Shown piece by piece: positions 38,034 through 51,765 of a stretch of DNA of 64,000 nt; position 1 is the stretch's first letter, and every line of letters starts with the position of its first letter. A model generated the notes under the pieces. It was given only the letters and a program-made list of their open reading frames with translations, ran no database searches and was not told the origin of the DNA. Origin of the DNA: Hemiscyllium ocellatum (lineage: Eukaryota); the NCBI RefSeq assembly GCF_020745735.1, contig NC_083418.1, positions 48,439,776 through 48,503,775 of the forward strand. Reading direction: 5' to 3'. The translations under genes and the position numbers were made by a program.

Positions 38034-38851
38034 ATCTGACCGTGTGTCGTTCATTTGCATCAACTAGTTGTAATTTGAAGGTTAGAAATCAGCAATAGTT
38101 CAAATATAAAAGTAGGGAATCTGGATTTAATGTGACTAAAGAATCAGGGCTTTATGGTATCAGCTAAAATAGTCCTAAAATAATGCAATCAGAAAGCAGT
38201 TTAACAGTCTCTGAACAGATCAAAATATGTAGTATTTTATAATTTTACAATCTTTCCCAACATAGAAATAGAAAACTAAAAACTTTGCTCTTGAACAAAC
38301 ATGATTTCAATTAAGCTCCAAATACAACTCATTAACTTGAGAACAAAAATGCCTTTATAGAATTTTAAACTTGTGAAAATATGGAAGGATATTCATGGCT
38401 CGTACAACTAAATTATCAATTTCCACAAGCACCTTCTTGGAAAATTAATTCAAATTTAAAACAGCTTGCTATTAATTATTTGACAGGACACATGACAGAA
38501 CTGTGATTCAGTTGATAATTGTGGACATATAAGTGGTTGTGAATTAGCAAATGTGCCAAGCTACTAGGACCTGATCCACAAGTGTGATTCATTTGATGCT
38601 TTGAATTACTTACGTACTCAGGAAAATATTGCACGTCAGGAGATAAACCAGTACAGAATTATGAAAACACCATGAGTGAACTGATAACAAACTGAATTAC
38701 ACATTCTTTGATAAATGAATGACAGTAATTGGGAGAAACAAATAGAGATAGAATGTGTGGAATACAGAAAACTATATTAGTGATAAAAAGGATTAGCAGG
38801 GCATAAAAGAACAGAGAAACAGAAGAAGCAGCAATAATTGTGGGCTCCAAC

Positions 38852-38905
38852 CTTTAGATCGAGGTACTCCAGGTTTTTCTTCAGTTGCATGTATGTGTCA
38901 TCAGC
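38852..38905 (-). CDS. PLEKHA7: PLEKHA7 coding exon (54 nt)
   Basis: aatgtcag|...AAG|gttgga; ADDTYMQLKKNLEYLDLK (human recalled: ADDTYLQLKKDLEYLDLK). Confidence 0.95.
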
Positions 38906-40433
38906 CTGACATTGTAGATGAGAAAATGAAGAAGCACAATTAAAATGAATAATTTGTCAAATGGCCAAATCCTTTATCCTCTTCACTCAAAACATTTCAA
39001 CAGGAAAACAGAAATCTACTGCATAATGCACCTCCAGAACTTTGAACAGATCAGTTTCTTGTGTAAAGGTTTCTCAGTTATGGTTTTTTCCCCCCCCATA
39101 TTTACAGTATTGAGTCATTAAACTTAATCCAAAATGTACTTATAGAACAGAAGCTTTTAAGTTGTTGAAAGTACAAAGTTCTGGATTTCAGCTATTCAGA
39201 AAGCAAGCTTGCACGCACATACATCAATGCTAAGCACACTTTCAACAGCCTCTGTACCAATAATTTGAGTCTGGCTAAAATGGCCTGTTATAAAATAATC
39301 TGTCTTTTATTCAATTGTAAAACTAACATCCAAACACTTATACAATAACATTCACAGGGCAGATGTTGAACAGTCAGGCAGGAACTCAGAATTTTGAAAC
39401 CACGTTGCATTATTTTGCTTAATAGAAAAGTATAGTACCACCTTTAAGAGGGCAGAATATTTGATTGTAATTTGCCTTTTCTTTCTACATGACGATACAA
39501 TATTAGAGAGAAATAAGTGATCAGTCATCGAGTGAAAATTCAGGACTTAATCAGTGGACACTTTTCTCTGACCAGTATCCCAACAGAATTAAATGAAATT
39601 TGAACAAATAATATCCATATTTATAAATCCTCAGAAAAGTTTTACATTTTGGGAAAAATTAGAATTACTTCACATTCGAAAGATGGTTTTCTCTTAATAT
39701 TGTTAAACTGACAAAAAGTCATCTAACTCCAATTGCAGGATAATTTGTGTCCAAGTTGAAACACAGGAACTTTATAATAGATAACAGATTACTGGCTTCA
39801 GAAAGAGCAATGCTACATCCGGTTTTGGTTTCTGTCTTCATCTACTCAAACTGCTGCAATTTTTTTCTCCTTTGAAGGAACTAACTCCTACTGGGACAGG
39901 GTACCATGAGCATGGACTGCCCATTGACACCTCATCTTATTGCTTATTTACATTTGCAGACCTACATGTACTGGCAGAGACTGAGCCTTTCCTCTCTTGC
40001 AGCAGCAATCTCTCACTGTTGATTACGGGTCAGAAATCTGATATTGCTTTTCCCCTTCTTGTTTTTTAGTTGAGCCAGAGTTGTTCCAGATTTTAGCTTA
40101 AACTAAAATTCATAAATTCATCATGGAGTCATGTACAGTCAAATACTCTGTTGCAACATTTTCAAAGCTGTGTGGAAGACAACGTTTTGGGGAAACAACA
40201 GAAAATATAGAAATATCAGTACATGTCACCAATAGCATTTGGGTAATGATCTAACTTGATGCACAATGGCAATAAACTGCTGAAGCTGGATTTGCTGGTC
40301 ATGGTTTGTATGTGTGAACATTTAAAATAAAAATTATTGTACAGCCACAAAAAGCATACAACAAGTAACTTCATGAAGCATTCTGGGACAAACAGCCACA
40401 TTGGGTGACATTTTGAGCCAATCAGCAGCTGAC

Positions 40434-40553
40434 CTGATGGTTGAATTGGTTCAGCTTGTTTAGTTGTAACTGGGTAAAAGTATGATTTCGAACATTAGCC
40501 AGCTTGGATTGATGTCTCCGTAATCGAATGAGCAGTAAAGTTAGTTCTTCTGG
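40434..40553 (-). CDS. PLEKHA7: PLEKHA7 probable alternative cassette exon (120 nt, phase 0-0)
   Basis: cctgcag|...CAG|gtcagc; PEELTLLLIRLRRHQSKLANVRNHTFTQLQLNKLNQFNHQ, resembling the PEELTLLLIKLRRQQ segment of long PLEKHA5 isoforms. Frame-preserving. Confidence 0.85.
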
Positions 40554-41583
40554 CTGCAGGTAATAGTTGGTCATAAAGGGAGGCATTAGCAATTCAAACA
40601 TGTCACTCCAACCCAGAGGCACTCTACCTAATTATGATCACAGTCAATATCATATCAGAAGAGTTCAAGATTAGCTTGATCCAATTTATATCTGAATGAC
40701 AATCAAAAAGATGTTGAAGCCTCCAATGAAGGTATTTATATAACATCTTTTCCCCTCTGAAGTTACCTTGAAGTAATTCATTAAGTTATCTTGAAGTATT
40801 TTACCCTGTCTGAACAATAAATTACATTGATTATTGCTGAAAGAAAAGGATTACGTCCAAAACTATTTATCTTGCACTTATCAGAACATGCTCAAGAATA
40901 CCATTATAAAAGGAGAACAGCATCTTATTCTGCATGAGAACAGTACAGATTGGTTAGTTGGCAAGTGGACTGGGACTGGTAGAGTATTGCCATGGACAAT
41001 GCACAAGCTGGATGATGAGTGATGATAGCTCCCAAGCTTCACATAAGTTGAAATGCAGCAGGATTACATGGTTTGGTCAGAGTATTGCGCTCAAGAATGA
41101 ACAGAATAACTGCTACCTACTTTGTTGAGGTGAAACAGACACAATGACTGTACATTCTTTGTGTCTGCAAGTAACATGGTGTGTGTATAAATATGTACAG
41201 TTTCCAGTATGTGCAGGTGCATCGTACTGTATACTCAAATGACAATTAGTTGTCAACATAATTTGTAGCATACATGATTATTTGATAAAATATCCAATTG
41301 CAGAATCACATCACATGTTGACACTGTTTGGAGTTTAGCAAGCATGAACTGGTTGGATGTGGTCAGTGCCTTGACATAGCATCACACAGTATTTAAATTC
41401 TTACACTATTTTCCTCATTTATGTGATAAGCAGAACTGTTTTTTTTTAAATGGCTTGACAGCAGCATCTTGTTAGACACAAAAGCCACTCTTACTACAAC
41501 TGCATTGTCGCAATATCAAACAGGCAGCTTCATCGGTCAGTCAAAATGAAATACTTTACTCTTCAGAGGAGATTAACAAAGCA

Positions 41584-41623
41584 CTTTTCTGTACCAGAGG
41601 AAGCTTTTCTGTACCAGAGGTAG
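41584..41623. repeat. 20-bp tandem duplication
   Basis: cttttctgtaccagaggaag followed by cttttctgtaccagaggtag. Confidence 0.85.
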
Positions 41624-43386
41624 CCATTGTCTCACAGGATGGCTTTGGACTATCCTACTTAACGATCAAGCTTGCACAATGAGAAAATTGCTCAAACCTG
41701 ACTAATAAGATTGCCGATAAGGCCCATCTAATAGTATGTGGAAGTGTAGGAATCCTGATGTGTCTACAGTTGAGTGAAGGTAGACTTCTGGGAGTCAGGA
41801 GCACTATTGTAAAACAGTAGCATCTGCAAATGGCCAACGTGATACAAATGATGTCGACAACCAATTTAAGATCACTAATCAAATTCTCAGTGCAATCCAC
41901 TTGCATACATGGAACCTACATTTATTCATGTTTTTTTAGTAGAGAGAAAGGCTATACAGACATTGCATGTGTTTTAAGTAATAAAATAGGTGACATCCAC
42001 TTTCTGTTTCATTTCAGGGCAATGCCTTGCCCAATCTAAATTAACCTGCAAAACTTGGCAATCATCTAATTGGTGCATTTGCCATGACAATGCTATCAGT
42101 CAGAGTACACTTGCTAACCAATCAGCACTCCCTTCTCAGACAGTACTATGAGTGATGTTGCCCTTTATATTGTGAATGCCGCATGACAGCAAGACCCAAA
42201 GCTAGGATAAAGTAAGTATTTCCAGCAATACTCATGTTCTATACTACAAAAAGGACAATTAAACTACAAACCTCAAATCTCCTCACTGAACATGGTACAC
42301 TTCAACATTTTCTCTAACTCCGAATGGATTTTTCTCAATTAGTTTCAATCACAGTCAGAAGAATCAAATAGAGTAAGTAATAAATACATTTTTGAGCTGT
42401 GAAGAGGTAGCCTGTTCAGAGTTTACTACACAAAGTCAGCAATCTAGGTGAACAAACTACCAGGGGTCTTAAGTTTCCAATTATTTTTAATAGGACTAAT
42501 GTAAATTAATTGCAATAAAACCAGGAAAGCTACATCAAAATAATTTAGGTACATATGCAAGAGTGCTGTTACTCTGTGAGAAAACAATTTACCATTGATT
42601 ATTCTTTTTAGTATTTACAAAAAACAAGAATTAATTTGATGCACCTTTTGAATAAATATACTTTGTGCATAGTTGGGCTTAATACCTTGTTCACTCTCTT
42701 TGAAGGAAAAAAAATCACAAAGAACAGTATGAATGATTAAGTTTTCACAAAGTAGTAGCCCATTTAAAAAAACCCTAAGTGAAGGCTAGATGTGGACCTT
42801 GACAGAGTATAGGGAATATGGAAAAGCTAGGTAAAGTACTGAATAGTGAATTAACAAGTATTCCACACAAAGCCCATTTGAGTCATCATACTTGTAACTG
42901 CATCTGTTGCAAGTGTGAGTTGTACATTTCAATATTGAGACACCGATTGTCCAGCGAAAATATCAAACGTCTGAATGATGAGGAATAGTACAAAAAAGGC
43001 CAAATCCAAATGCAACAGAAAATAAGTAGCCCTCCATAACTAGCAGTCTACAACTTATCTTCAAATTATTTGGCACAACTATCTTACATGTTGAGTAAAA
43101 GAATGTAATTTTCTGCAGCATAGTGAAATACAAGTTATTTTTCTAAGTGTTAGCTTTGATTACTCAAAAGTCATGTACACTTGACTGGGAGGTTTAATTG
43201 AGAACATAATTTGCAATTTAATATTCTAAGATCAAGTTTAAAGATGCAGGGTGTTACTCTTTATGCCAGAAAGATCAAGGAAGCAGTATAATAATGATGA
43301 AGCAACTCATAGACATTAATTAATTCAACATTCCCTCAATTTTGCAATACAATTACAAAAATATGCACATTCATAACTGAACTTAC

Positions 43387-43473
43387 TGTCTTTCCATGCA
43401 AGCTCGGGGCACTGACAGTGTGTGTCATGTAACCCATGGGAGGCATCGAGCGTCTGTCAATGTGTGCCGAACT
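43387..43473 (-). CDS. PLEKHA7: PLEKHA7 coding exon (87 nt)
   Basis: tttctggcag|...|gtaagt; SSAHIDRRSMPPMGYMTHTVSAPSLHGKT (human recalled: NSSHVDRRSMPSMGYMTHTVSAPSLHGKS). Confidence 0.96.
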
Positions 43474-43768
43474 CTGCCAGAAAACAAAGAATACTATAAA
43501 CAACAAAATTAGATTGCACGTTATGATGAAATTAGATACATAATAGATGGCCTAAGTAAAATTTTTGCTGCATCAGGATTGAGTTTGACTGTGACACTCC
43601 CATGGTAAAATAGCTGGCTAATATTCACAGTATAGGCTAACAATTATGGAATAGATTGTCGAGTGAAGTACTACAAGTTACTAGTCCCAATGAAGCCACT
43701 GTTCAGAAGGAGTTATCCCATTTTGGAAACTGAAATACAAGAACTAAATTTCATAATGAGAGAGAGAA

Positions 43769-43792
43769 AGACAGACAGACAGACAGACAGAC
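43769..43792. repeat. (AGAC)n microsatellite
   Basis: Six AGAC units after a GA-rich run. Confidence 0.9.
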
Positions 43793-44078
43793 TGAAAGAA
43801 AGAAAAAAAAATACAGAAACACACTACTAACATTGTGGCTGATAATTTGTACCTCTGCACTTACCCACTTGCCCAAGTAAAGTGACAGAGAAAGCAGACC
43901 ACTGAGTGAATTGAAAAGCTTGTGCTCTGACTTTGGCCACTAAAGCGGTGGTAAATATTGCACAGCACTTGCTGTAGATTCCAAATGGCAGTCTTTTCAA
44001 GCAGCTGACTGAGAAGCTACAATATCTCCACGTCACTGGCACTGTCCTCCAGGCTAAGACAGACTTTAACTTTCATAA

Positions 44079-44177
44079 ATTAAGAATGTGATGCTGGAAA
44101 AGCACAGCATGTCAGGCAGCATTCAAGAAGGAGAATTGACGTTTCCGGCATAAGCCCTTCATCAGGAATTTCTCCTA
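44079..44177 (-). mobile_element. Single-arm pLTR/hammerhead mini-element with 14-bp TSD
   Basis: TSD tttaa(c/t)tttcataa at 44065-44078 and 44178-44191; minus-strand core CTGATGA-A-GGGC-TTAT-GCCG-GAAA-CGTC at 44138-44165. Confidence 0.85.
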
Positions 44178-45104
44178 TTTAATTTTCATAATGCTTACTG
44201 TAGTGATGAAGCAGGGCTTTGGATAAGTACAGGTGTGGAATGCTATTAAGGTAAATAGGGGTAATTCTAACTTTTGTGCAGTGGTGTAAAAATGGGCAAC
44301 AAAGAATTAGCTACTCGTTGCATAGCGTGCAATTTTTTTCCTCTTCACTGAAATCCATGTCTCTGCCCTGGCCGTAAATTGTAAAAGATGCATTGCACAA
44401 GGAATTGTTCAGTAAGGAATACCACTTTGCATGACGAGAAAAGAAACTCAAATTCAAAAACAACACAAATAAGCACACAGGGTGATTTTGCATTAACATC
44501 TGTGAATTACTGACATCATCTTTCTAAAAAAAATTCAAGCTTTTTCAAGTTTAGAAATTAGGTCCACCCAATTTTGAAAGTTGTGCTTCTTCACAATTAT
44601 TGCTGGAGTTATTATTTTCTCTTTCCATCATCAGGTGAACCCATCAGCCTCTAAGCATTTCCAAGTCATCAATTTTTTTTTTTACAGAAATAATATTGAG
44701 CAGGAAGAGCACCAATCAATGATAAGTTAATTGACTACAGCTAGGATGGTGATTGAGGTTACATAACTGACCACAACACTGCTGGACAAGGCAAGGGAAA
44801 TATGTCAGCCAACAGCCTCCTTCTTCAGACCCCAGGATGCAGACAGAAATGACGTCACATTCAATCGCATCTTCCTATGGCATTGACAGCAGAGAAATTT
44901 CTACCAAGAATCCATGATCAGGATCTGGAATCTTAACTAATTTTCCACATCCAATGTTGCCTCTACATTGATCATTTCTGAAATTGGCTTAACAAGCATG
45001 GACTTGGAGATCGTATGTAAGAGTAGGTGCATCATATTACTAATCAAAGCATATAGAGAAAAATGCCTAGTCTGTTCTGAAATAATGTAAACCACAGAAT
45101 TTAC

Positions 45105-45624
45105 CTTTGTCAAAGTGCCATGGGTTCTTCTTGGAGATCCTGATAAGAAGATCTCAGCTGGCCTTTTCTCCGTGGGTTTGACGGTGACTCTTTCTGCTGG
45201 GGTGTGGGGTCTTCTGGGTGAGAAGGCTTTAGGAGGACCTGGTGGTGGGATCTCTGAGGGAGATGGAGGGACAGAGATCGAACGAGGAACATCAAAGGCA
45301 GATTTTGCTAGGCCAGAGTCAAAGTCTGTGATATGTGAGGGATAGAGTGGTGCAGTGGGGCTGCCATGCTTAAATTGCTGTCGCTGCTGCCACTCATACA
45401 GCTGCCAAACAGTGCCCTCCTTAGTGGCCTTTCGATCTTCATGTGACATTTTTAAGTGACTAACACGGTCCTGAGCATACTTGTAATCACTCGGTAGGTT
45501 ATGATTTGTACCAAGGGAACTTTCTGAAGGTTGCCCGATATTCTTTGGCAGAGTTTGGTAATTCTCTGGGTAAGGCTGAGGTTGACTTAATGTACGGTGT
45601 GGAAGAGTCTGAGCAGATGCATGG
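45105..45624 (-). CDS. PLEKHA7: PLEKHA7 coding exon (520 nt, phase 2-0)
   Basis: Acceptor ttttctttcag| and donor AAG|gtaaat. Encodes PENYQTLPK..NLPSDYKYAQDRVSHLKMS..EGTVWQLYEWQQRQQFKHGSPTAP..PRSISVPPSPSEIPPPGPP..RRPHTPAERVTVKP, motifs diagnostic of PLEKHA7. Confidence 0.96.
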
Positions 45625-45979
45625 CTGAAAGAAAATCAAAGCAAAGTAAATGGCAGATCATGTTTCCCATGCAGAAATATACACAGATTTTCAATTATTA
45701 CAATAATCAATTCTCAGAACTTTTCCCTCAGTTTACATCAAGTGAATTGACTTGCATCTTTATAATGTTTGAGGGATTTTTATTACACGCTAAGTAGTTA
45801 CCACATATGCCTACTAAATGCCTACTTGTCAAAACTTCCACATAATTTTAACTATGTGCATTATTTAGAAGATATACAAAGTATTACGATATTTGTTAAA
45901 TAAACACTTGTTAAAAAAATCCAAGTCATTTCTACAAATCACATTATCGTCTGTGACAGCTCCCTAAGAGCTGTTTATT

Positions 45980-46990
45980 TGAATAAACATTTTTCCAGAT
46001 ACAGGCCAGTATTTGTTGTCCATCCCTTGTTGTCCACAAGAAGGTGGTGACTTGCTGCCTTCTTGAACCACTACAGTCCATATGGTGTAGGTTCACCAAC
46101 AGCTCTCTTAGGAATGGAGTTATAGGATTTTGATCCAGTGAAGCGAACAGGAACAGCAGTGATATATTTGGGATGGCTTGGGGTTTCGAAGAGAACATGC
46201 AGCTTGTTGGCATTCTCATGTGACTGTTGCCCTTGCCCTTCTTCATGAACGAGGTGATAATTTTGAAGCTGCTGTCAAAGCAGCCTTGGGTGAGCTAGTG
46301 TGGTGCATCTTGTATATCGTATACACTGCTGTCACTGCATGTCAGTGGGGGAGGAAATGGTTATTTAAAGTGGTGAATTTGATTGCCAATCAAATGGGTT
46401 GCTTTGGCCTAAATGGTGTTAAATGTCTGGAGTGTCACTGAACCTGCGCACATCTACTCAAGTGAAAGGTATTCTATCGCAATCCTGATTTGTGCCTAGC
46501 AGATAATCGGTAGGTTTTAGTGAGTTAAGTAGTGACTTAATTGCCTCAAGGTTTTCAGTCTTTGACCTTATATGACCATAGGAGCAGAATTGGGCTAATC
46601 AACCCATCACGTCTGCTTTGGCCATTCAACGAGATCATGCTAATCTGATCAGCCTCAACGCCATTCTCATGGCTTTTCCCTATAACCCTTGATTCCCCTG
46701 TTGACTAAACATCTATCTGTCTCAGCCTTGAATACCACTCATGACCCAGCCTCTACAGCCAACTGCCGCAAAAAGAATCCATAGATTCACTACCCTCAGA
46801 AAAGAAATTCATCATCACTGTCTTAAATGGTCAACCCTTTATTTTGTAATTATGGGTGATCTGGTCCGTGGGGTAAGCCTTCGGATGTTGACAATGTGGA
46901 TTCAGTGGTGGTAATGCCAGTGAAATGTCAAGGAGATATGTACAGATTGTTTCTTGTTGGAGAAACATTGCTCGTCATTTGCATGGCATA
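45980..46990 (-). mobile_element. Old LINE remnant with a nested CR1 3' tail (~46570-46860)
   Basis: Colinear with the 3640-4890 remnant; the nested piece starts gaccataggagcagaattggg. Confidence 0.6.
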
Positions 46991-49900
46991 AATATCACTA
47001 TCATTTGTCAGCTTAAATATTTATTTCCCTTCCTCCTAACTATCTGAATGCATTGATCAACGGCTACAGTACTACTGCTGGCAATGTGCCATCCCGTACG
47101 GTTCCTGAATATTCATGGATGAGCCTCGACAACATGTACAAGTAGGTTTTTTGACTGCAGAGAACTTCATAATGTAAATGCATATTATTTTTAAACCTAC
47201 ATTTACTTTTTGAACAGTTAGAAGTGAGAACTCAGACTAACCTCTGACCTACCTAACATTGTCTCCATAACCAGTGATTAAGGCAAGTTATAATGTGTTT
47301 GATTGTCCCTCTCCCTGACTGAAACCAGCTAACTAGATAGTGATACAAGAATTTTTGTCTTCAATTTACCTGCATTTTAAATTTAATCAGTCAAAACAGA
47401 TGCTACTCTCTTGCAATAAAATAGACATTGGTAGTTGAGAAAATAACTTCGAATAGAAAATGTTTAGATGGTTAAACAGATTTCTTTTTTAAAAAAAGGT
47501 GCTCAATTGATTAAGAGGTTATTTTTTATCACACTGAACAGTTGTAAATTAATAGCTAGTGGCAAAAGACAATAACGAAATACAAATACTGATTGTGTGT
47601 CAAGTCTCCTTCTATTCAGGTATATGATAAAATGATAGAAATACTCAACAATTATGGCATCAAGAAACATCAACTTACCAATAACATGGCCACCAACAAT
47701 CAATTCATGTAATGTTAGACTACTTGGCTCAACCCATATAGTAAATGTTGATCCAGACATGGATGCAACAGAACAGGCAAAAGCAGATGCCTCGACTTCA
47801 AAGCAACTTTTAGACACAGAACCAAATGGCTGATATCAAAAGCTTTGAGACCAGTCACCACAGTGACATGATATCACAACAGGAATTCCACAGAGATATG
47901 TGCTCAGTGTACTCATGCTCAGTTGATTCAACAGTGACCATTGCTCTCGCAGGAATAGAACTGTTCAATGATGATTTCACAATGTTTAGCTCCATTTTAA
48001 CTCCTCTGATCATTCAGTGATTTATGTCAGCAACAGAAAAATGGCTAGATAATATCTGATTTCATCTCATTCACACCAACTTTCCTGAAAGGCACCACAA
48101 TCGAAGAATTTCCTACAGATCAATATTGTGGGGGTCGGACTTAATGAGAGCAGTGGCATCAACACAGTGGCTGCAAGAGAAAGGCAGAACTTGGTTAATC
48201 TCCAACAGATGGTTCATGACTCCTCAAAGTCTCTGCCCACCAATGACTGCCAGGGATGATTAACGAGTGCATTCTCCATGGGAACACTTCCAGTCATAAG
48301 TCTGCTTACTCACCAATCAGCACTTTTATCTCAGACAATGTAATGTTATTTCCCTTCACATTGGTGTTTCTTGCAAAATGTCCTGATCAGTTCAGGAGAA
48401 AAGCTTCAAAAAAAAAAGGTCTTTTTTCAAACTCTGTACAACAAGGCAACTATTTGTAATCTTGATAAAGTTGCACTGTGCACTCACACTGAAGTGGCCT
48501 AAATATGACATTTATTAACGTTTCTACAAAATCACTACAGTACAATAAAAGATGCAGTTTTTCAAAAACTCATTCAATACAAAAATGGCAGGCCGCGCCA
48601 TACATTGAGCTATCGATCTAAGCTATGGGGATACTCCAAATCTATATTTCAGGAGAAAAGAAAATGCTCAGGACTTAATATTATGAAGGTAATTTTGCAT
48701 GATCTAATTTTACACTGGTTAATAAATAACCAATTAGCCATAATTAAAAAATCATAAAATATTAATAGTTAACTGGAAACATAAAACAAATCATTTCTAT
48801 TAAACTTTGTAACTCGAGCTTCATTACAAAAGTAATGTCTGTATCTGGGTACGTGTGTGTTTCTACACAGACACTTGACAGCACAGCTATAATAACTCAA
48901 CTGTAGAAAATGCTACCACTTTGTGTTTAATATTAAACAGGCACAAAAACTGATACCGAGCACTAGAATTCTATTCAATCTTATTAATGGAACTGCCAGA
49001 AGTCAAGTACATCTGGATAAAAGAAGCTTTAAATAAACAGTGAAACATAACTCAGTAGTAATGAATAAACATAAAACATAAAGTGGCATACAGGCCCTAA
49101 GTTACAGGACTGTGTGTGACACGCATTATCTGCAGACAAAGACCACGCAGGTACTGACACCAATGGGTCAAAGTTAATATCCTCCAAAACCAAGTCTGGC
49201 AATTGCAATGCACAATTACCCCATATCTGTTGGCTGTAATGAATTCAAACAGCCTGCTTTAGAAAGGAAATCAATATTCAGTCAGTGTTAACCATGCTGA
49301 TGATCGGCTTGATGTAGTGAGAGCGTTCGGCCTCAGTTACTTGTTTAAAGTGAACCTGTGGGGGGAAAAGGGGTTCTTGTAGCAGTGTCCCCACTTCTGG
49401 AACATGAGACTTGGGCTCAAAAATCACCTTCTCCAGAGATGTTTGATGACATTTCTGAACTGGTCGATTAGAAAATATCTAATGCTAACCTGTATGCCTT
49501 CAGGGGAAGAACTGTGGTTGAAGCAGGTTTTGTAGCAATTGAATTTGACCCTGGAAAAACAATAAATGGCACAGCTTGAAACAGCATCGTTCCAATGCTT
49601 TTAGGCACACCCAGAGATGCCTTCTCAACCTATGCTCAAAAGACGATAGGAGCAGTTAACCATGCAGGGCAATGCCAGGAGTCAAACCCAGCAGACCTGG
49701 ATTCAATGGGCTCAACTAGTTGGTTTGTAAAGCAATTCCTGTACTGGCTGAAGACACGAAGAAGGTCCAGCCCTTCTTAACCTCAGTCTTCATGGTAACC
49801 CTCAGATTAAACCCTTGCCACCAGTCATGTCTCTTTTGAGAGAGAGCAGCTTATGCTGATCTGGGACAAAAACAACGTACTCTAAACTGTGGAGTAAAAT

Positions 49901-50746
49901 GACCTCAAATGTGAAGCCAAGGCCACTGAATATATCTTCAAATGCCATATCCTACCAAGTTGCACTACTCTAATTACCACAACCCCATTACCAATTAATC
50001 GGTACTTGAATCAAAGTAGAGACAGCTTTTACTCAGACACCAAGTTCTACTGCACACCTCATATTTCTATCTCAGAGAATGCACACAATTGCCAGCTATT
50101 CAACTATAATCATCATTTCACACAAACATGTTGCACCAGCCTCAGTGACACAAAGGTCAAAGTGGTACACAACCAGAGATAGCAGATGCCCACTGGAATT
50201 GATGGATGCAATTTCGTGTCCTACCACACTTGAAAAAAAAACAACTTTGGCCATTATTGGGATGGTCACTGCTGGAGCCTTGGATAGCCCAGGAATCAAA
50301 GATGACAATATCATTAAACCCAATACAGCTTGTTCCTACAACTCATTCTCTTATGATTTGCAAGCTGCAGATGATGTAATGTTTCCTCCTCAACTCTCTC
50401 AACCACAACTTAGTCTTGTGCTGTTAATCCTTTTAGGTATCCAACAGGTGCAAAGCGGCCAGGCAATAAAAGAACAGAAGCCAGAGAGACACTAGCGAAG
50501 AGAGTAAAGCTTTGTCACTTAATTTCAGGCCTAGAGCCTCCAGCTCAGATAATAGATTACTGAGATTGCTAAACTGAAACTCTGGAGGAGTGGCAGTGAC
50601 ACCATAGAACACAATTGTTTTCACGCTCTCAGGAAGAAGAAACATGCACAATCCCCCACACTGTCACTGGGTGAGATATCGGTGAGCTAGCCAGCTGAGT
50701 GCACTGCCACCCAGGCTGGGATGGGTGCAGATTAACTTCAACTCAG

Positions 50747-51272
50747 CGAAAGTGAGGACTGTAGATGCTGGAGTTCAGAGTCGAGAGTGTGGTCCTGGAA
50801 AAGCACAGGAGGTCAGGCAGTATCCAAGCAGGAGAGTCAACATTTTGGGCAAAAGTCCTTCATGGATAAAGCCCTGTGGGTGGCACGGTGGCACAGTGGT
50901 TAGCACTGCTGTCTCACAGCGTTTGAGACCCGGGTTCAATTCCAGACTCAGGCGACTGACTGTGTGGAGTTTGCACGTACTCCCCGTGTCTGCGTGGGTT
51001 TCCTCCGGTTTCCTCCCACAGTCCAAAGATGTGCGGGTCAGGTGAATTGGCCATGCTAAATTGCCCGTAGTGTTAGGTAAGGGGTAAATGTAGGGGTATG
51101 GGTGGGTTGCGCTTCGGCGGGTCGGTGTGGACTTGTTGGGCCGAAGGACCTGTTTCCACACTGTAAGAAATCTAATCTAATCTAATCTAATAAAGGGCTT
51201 TTGCCTGAAACGTGGATTCTCCTGCGCCTCAGATGCTGCCTGACCTGCTGTACTTTTCCAGCACCACACACA
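50747..51272. mobile_element. Palindromic pLTR/hammerhead mini-element split by an HE1 SINE
   Basis: Left arm gaaagtgaggactgtagatgctgg..gggcaaaagtccttcat; right arm aagggcttttgcctgaaacgt..gatgctgcctgacctgctg. Confidence 0.8.
50878..51190 (+). mobile_element. HE1-type V-SINE, full length
   Basis: A box tggcacagtgg, B box gggttcaattcc, V-domain, HER1-like tail and (atcta)n end. Confidence 0.95.
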
Positions 51273-51765
51273 CTGCGCAGAGGAACTTTAGGCCTTCCAG
51301 TCTCAAAGCTCCCTAATAGCATCTGACAATATCATCTCTAGTTTTCTCACTGTAAACATGCAGTCTCACTGCAGCCACTGTGTAAGAGCACTAAGACAGG
51401 CATAGGCACACAGATGATGAGCACTGAGGGACAACATGAGTATAATTAGTTTGAACACAATATGGAATTATTTGATTTATAAATACATTCAGTATGTGTT
51501 ACAACCCTCTTGGGAAACTGCGCTGATTCTGAAATCTCACTACTTTTGGAAATGCTGCAAAAAGTAAAGATCTAATCAAAGCACACAAAATCCTTATCTG
51601 TGTATCTGAGGAAATTAATTTAACCGAAATCACTGATCAGATTTCTGTACTTTACAAAAACATATGTTTATTACAAGTAAGTGAATTGTAAGCACAAGTG
51701 AACAACTGAATTATCAATGTATGGCTCTACTAGTTAAAATTCTAATGCCTTTTAAATACATGAGG

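Noticed and set aside
50878-50950. tRNA gene (A and B boxes; also at 20546 and 63416)
   Set aside because: These are SINE heads followed by a V-domain and LINE tail, not stand-alone tRNAs.
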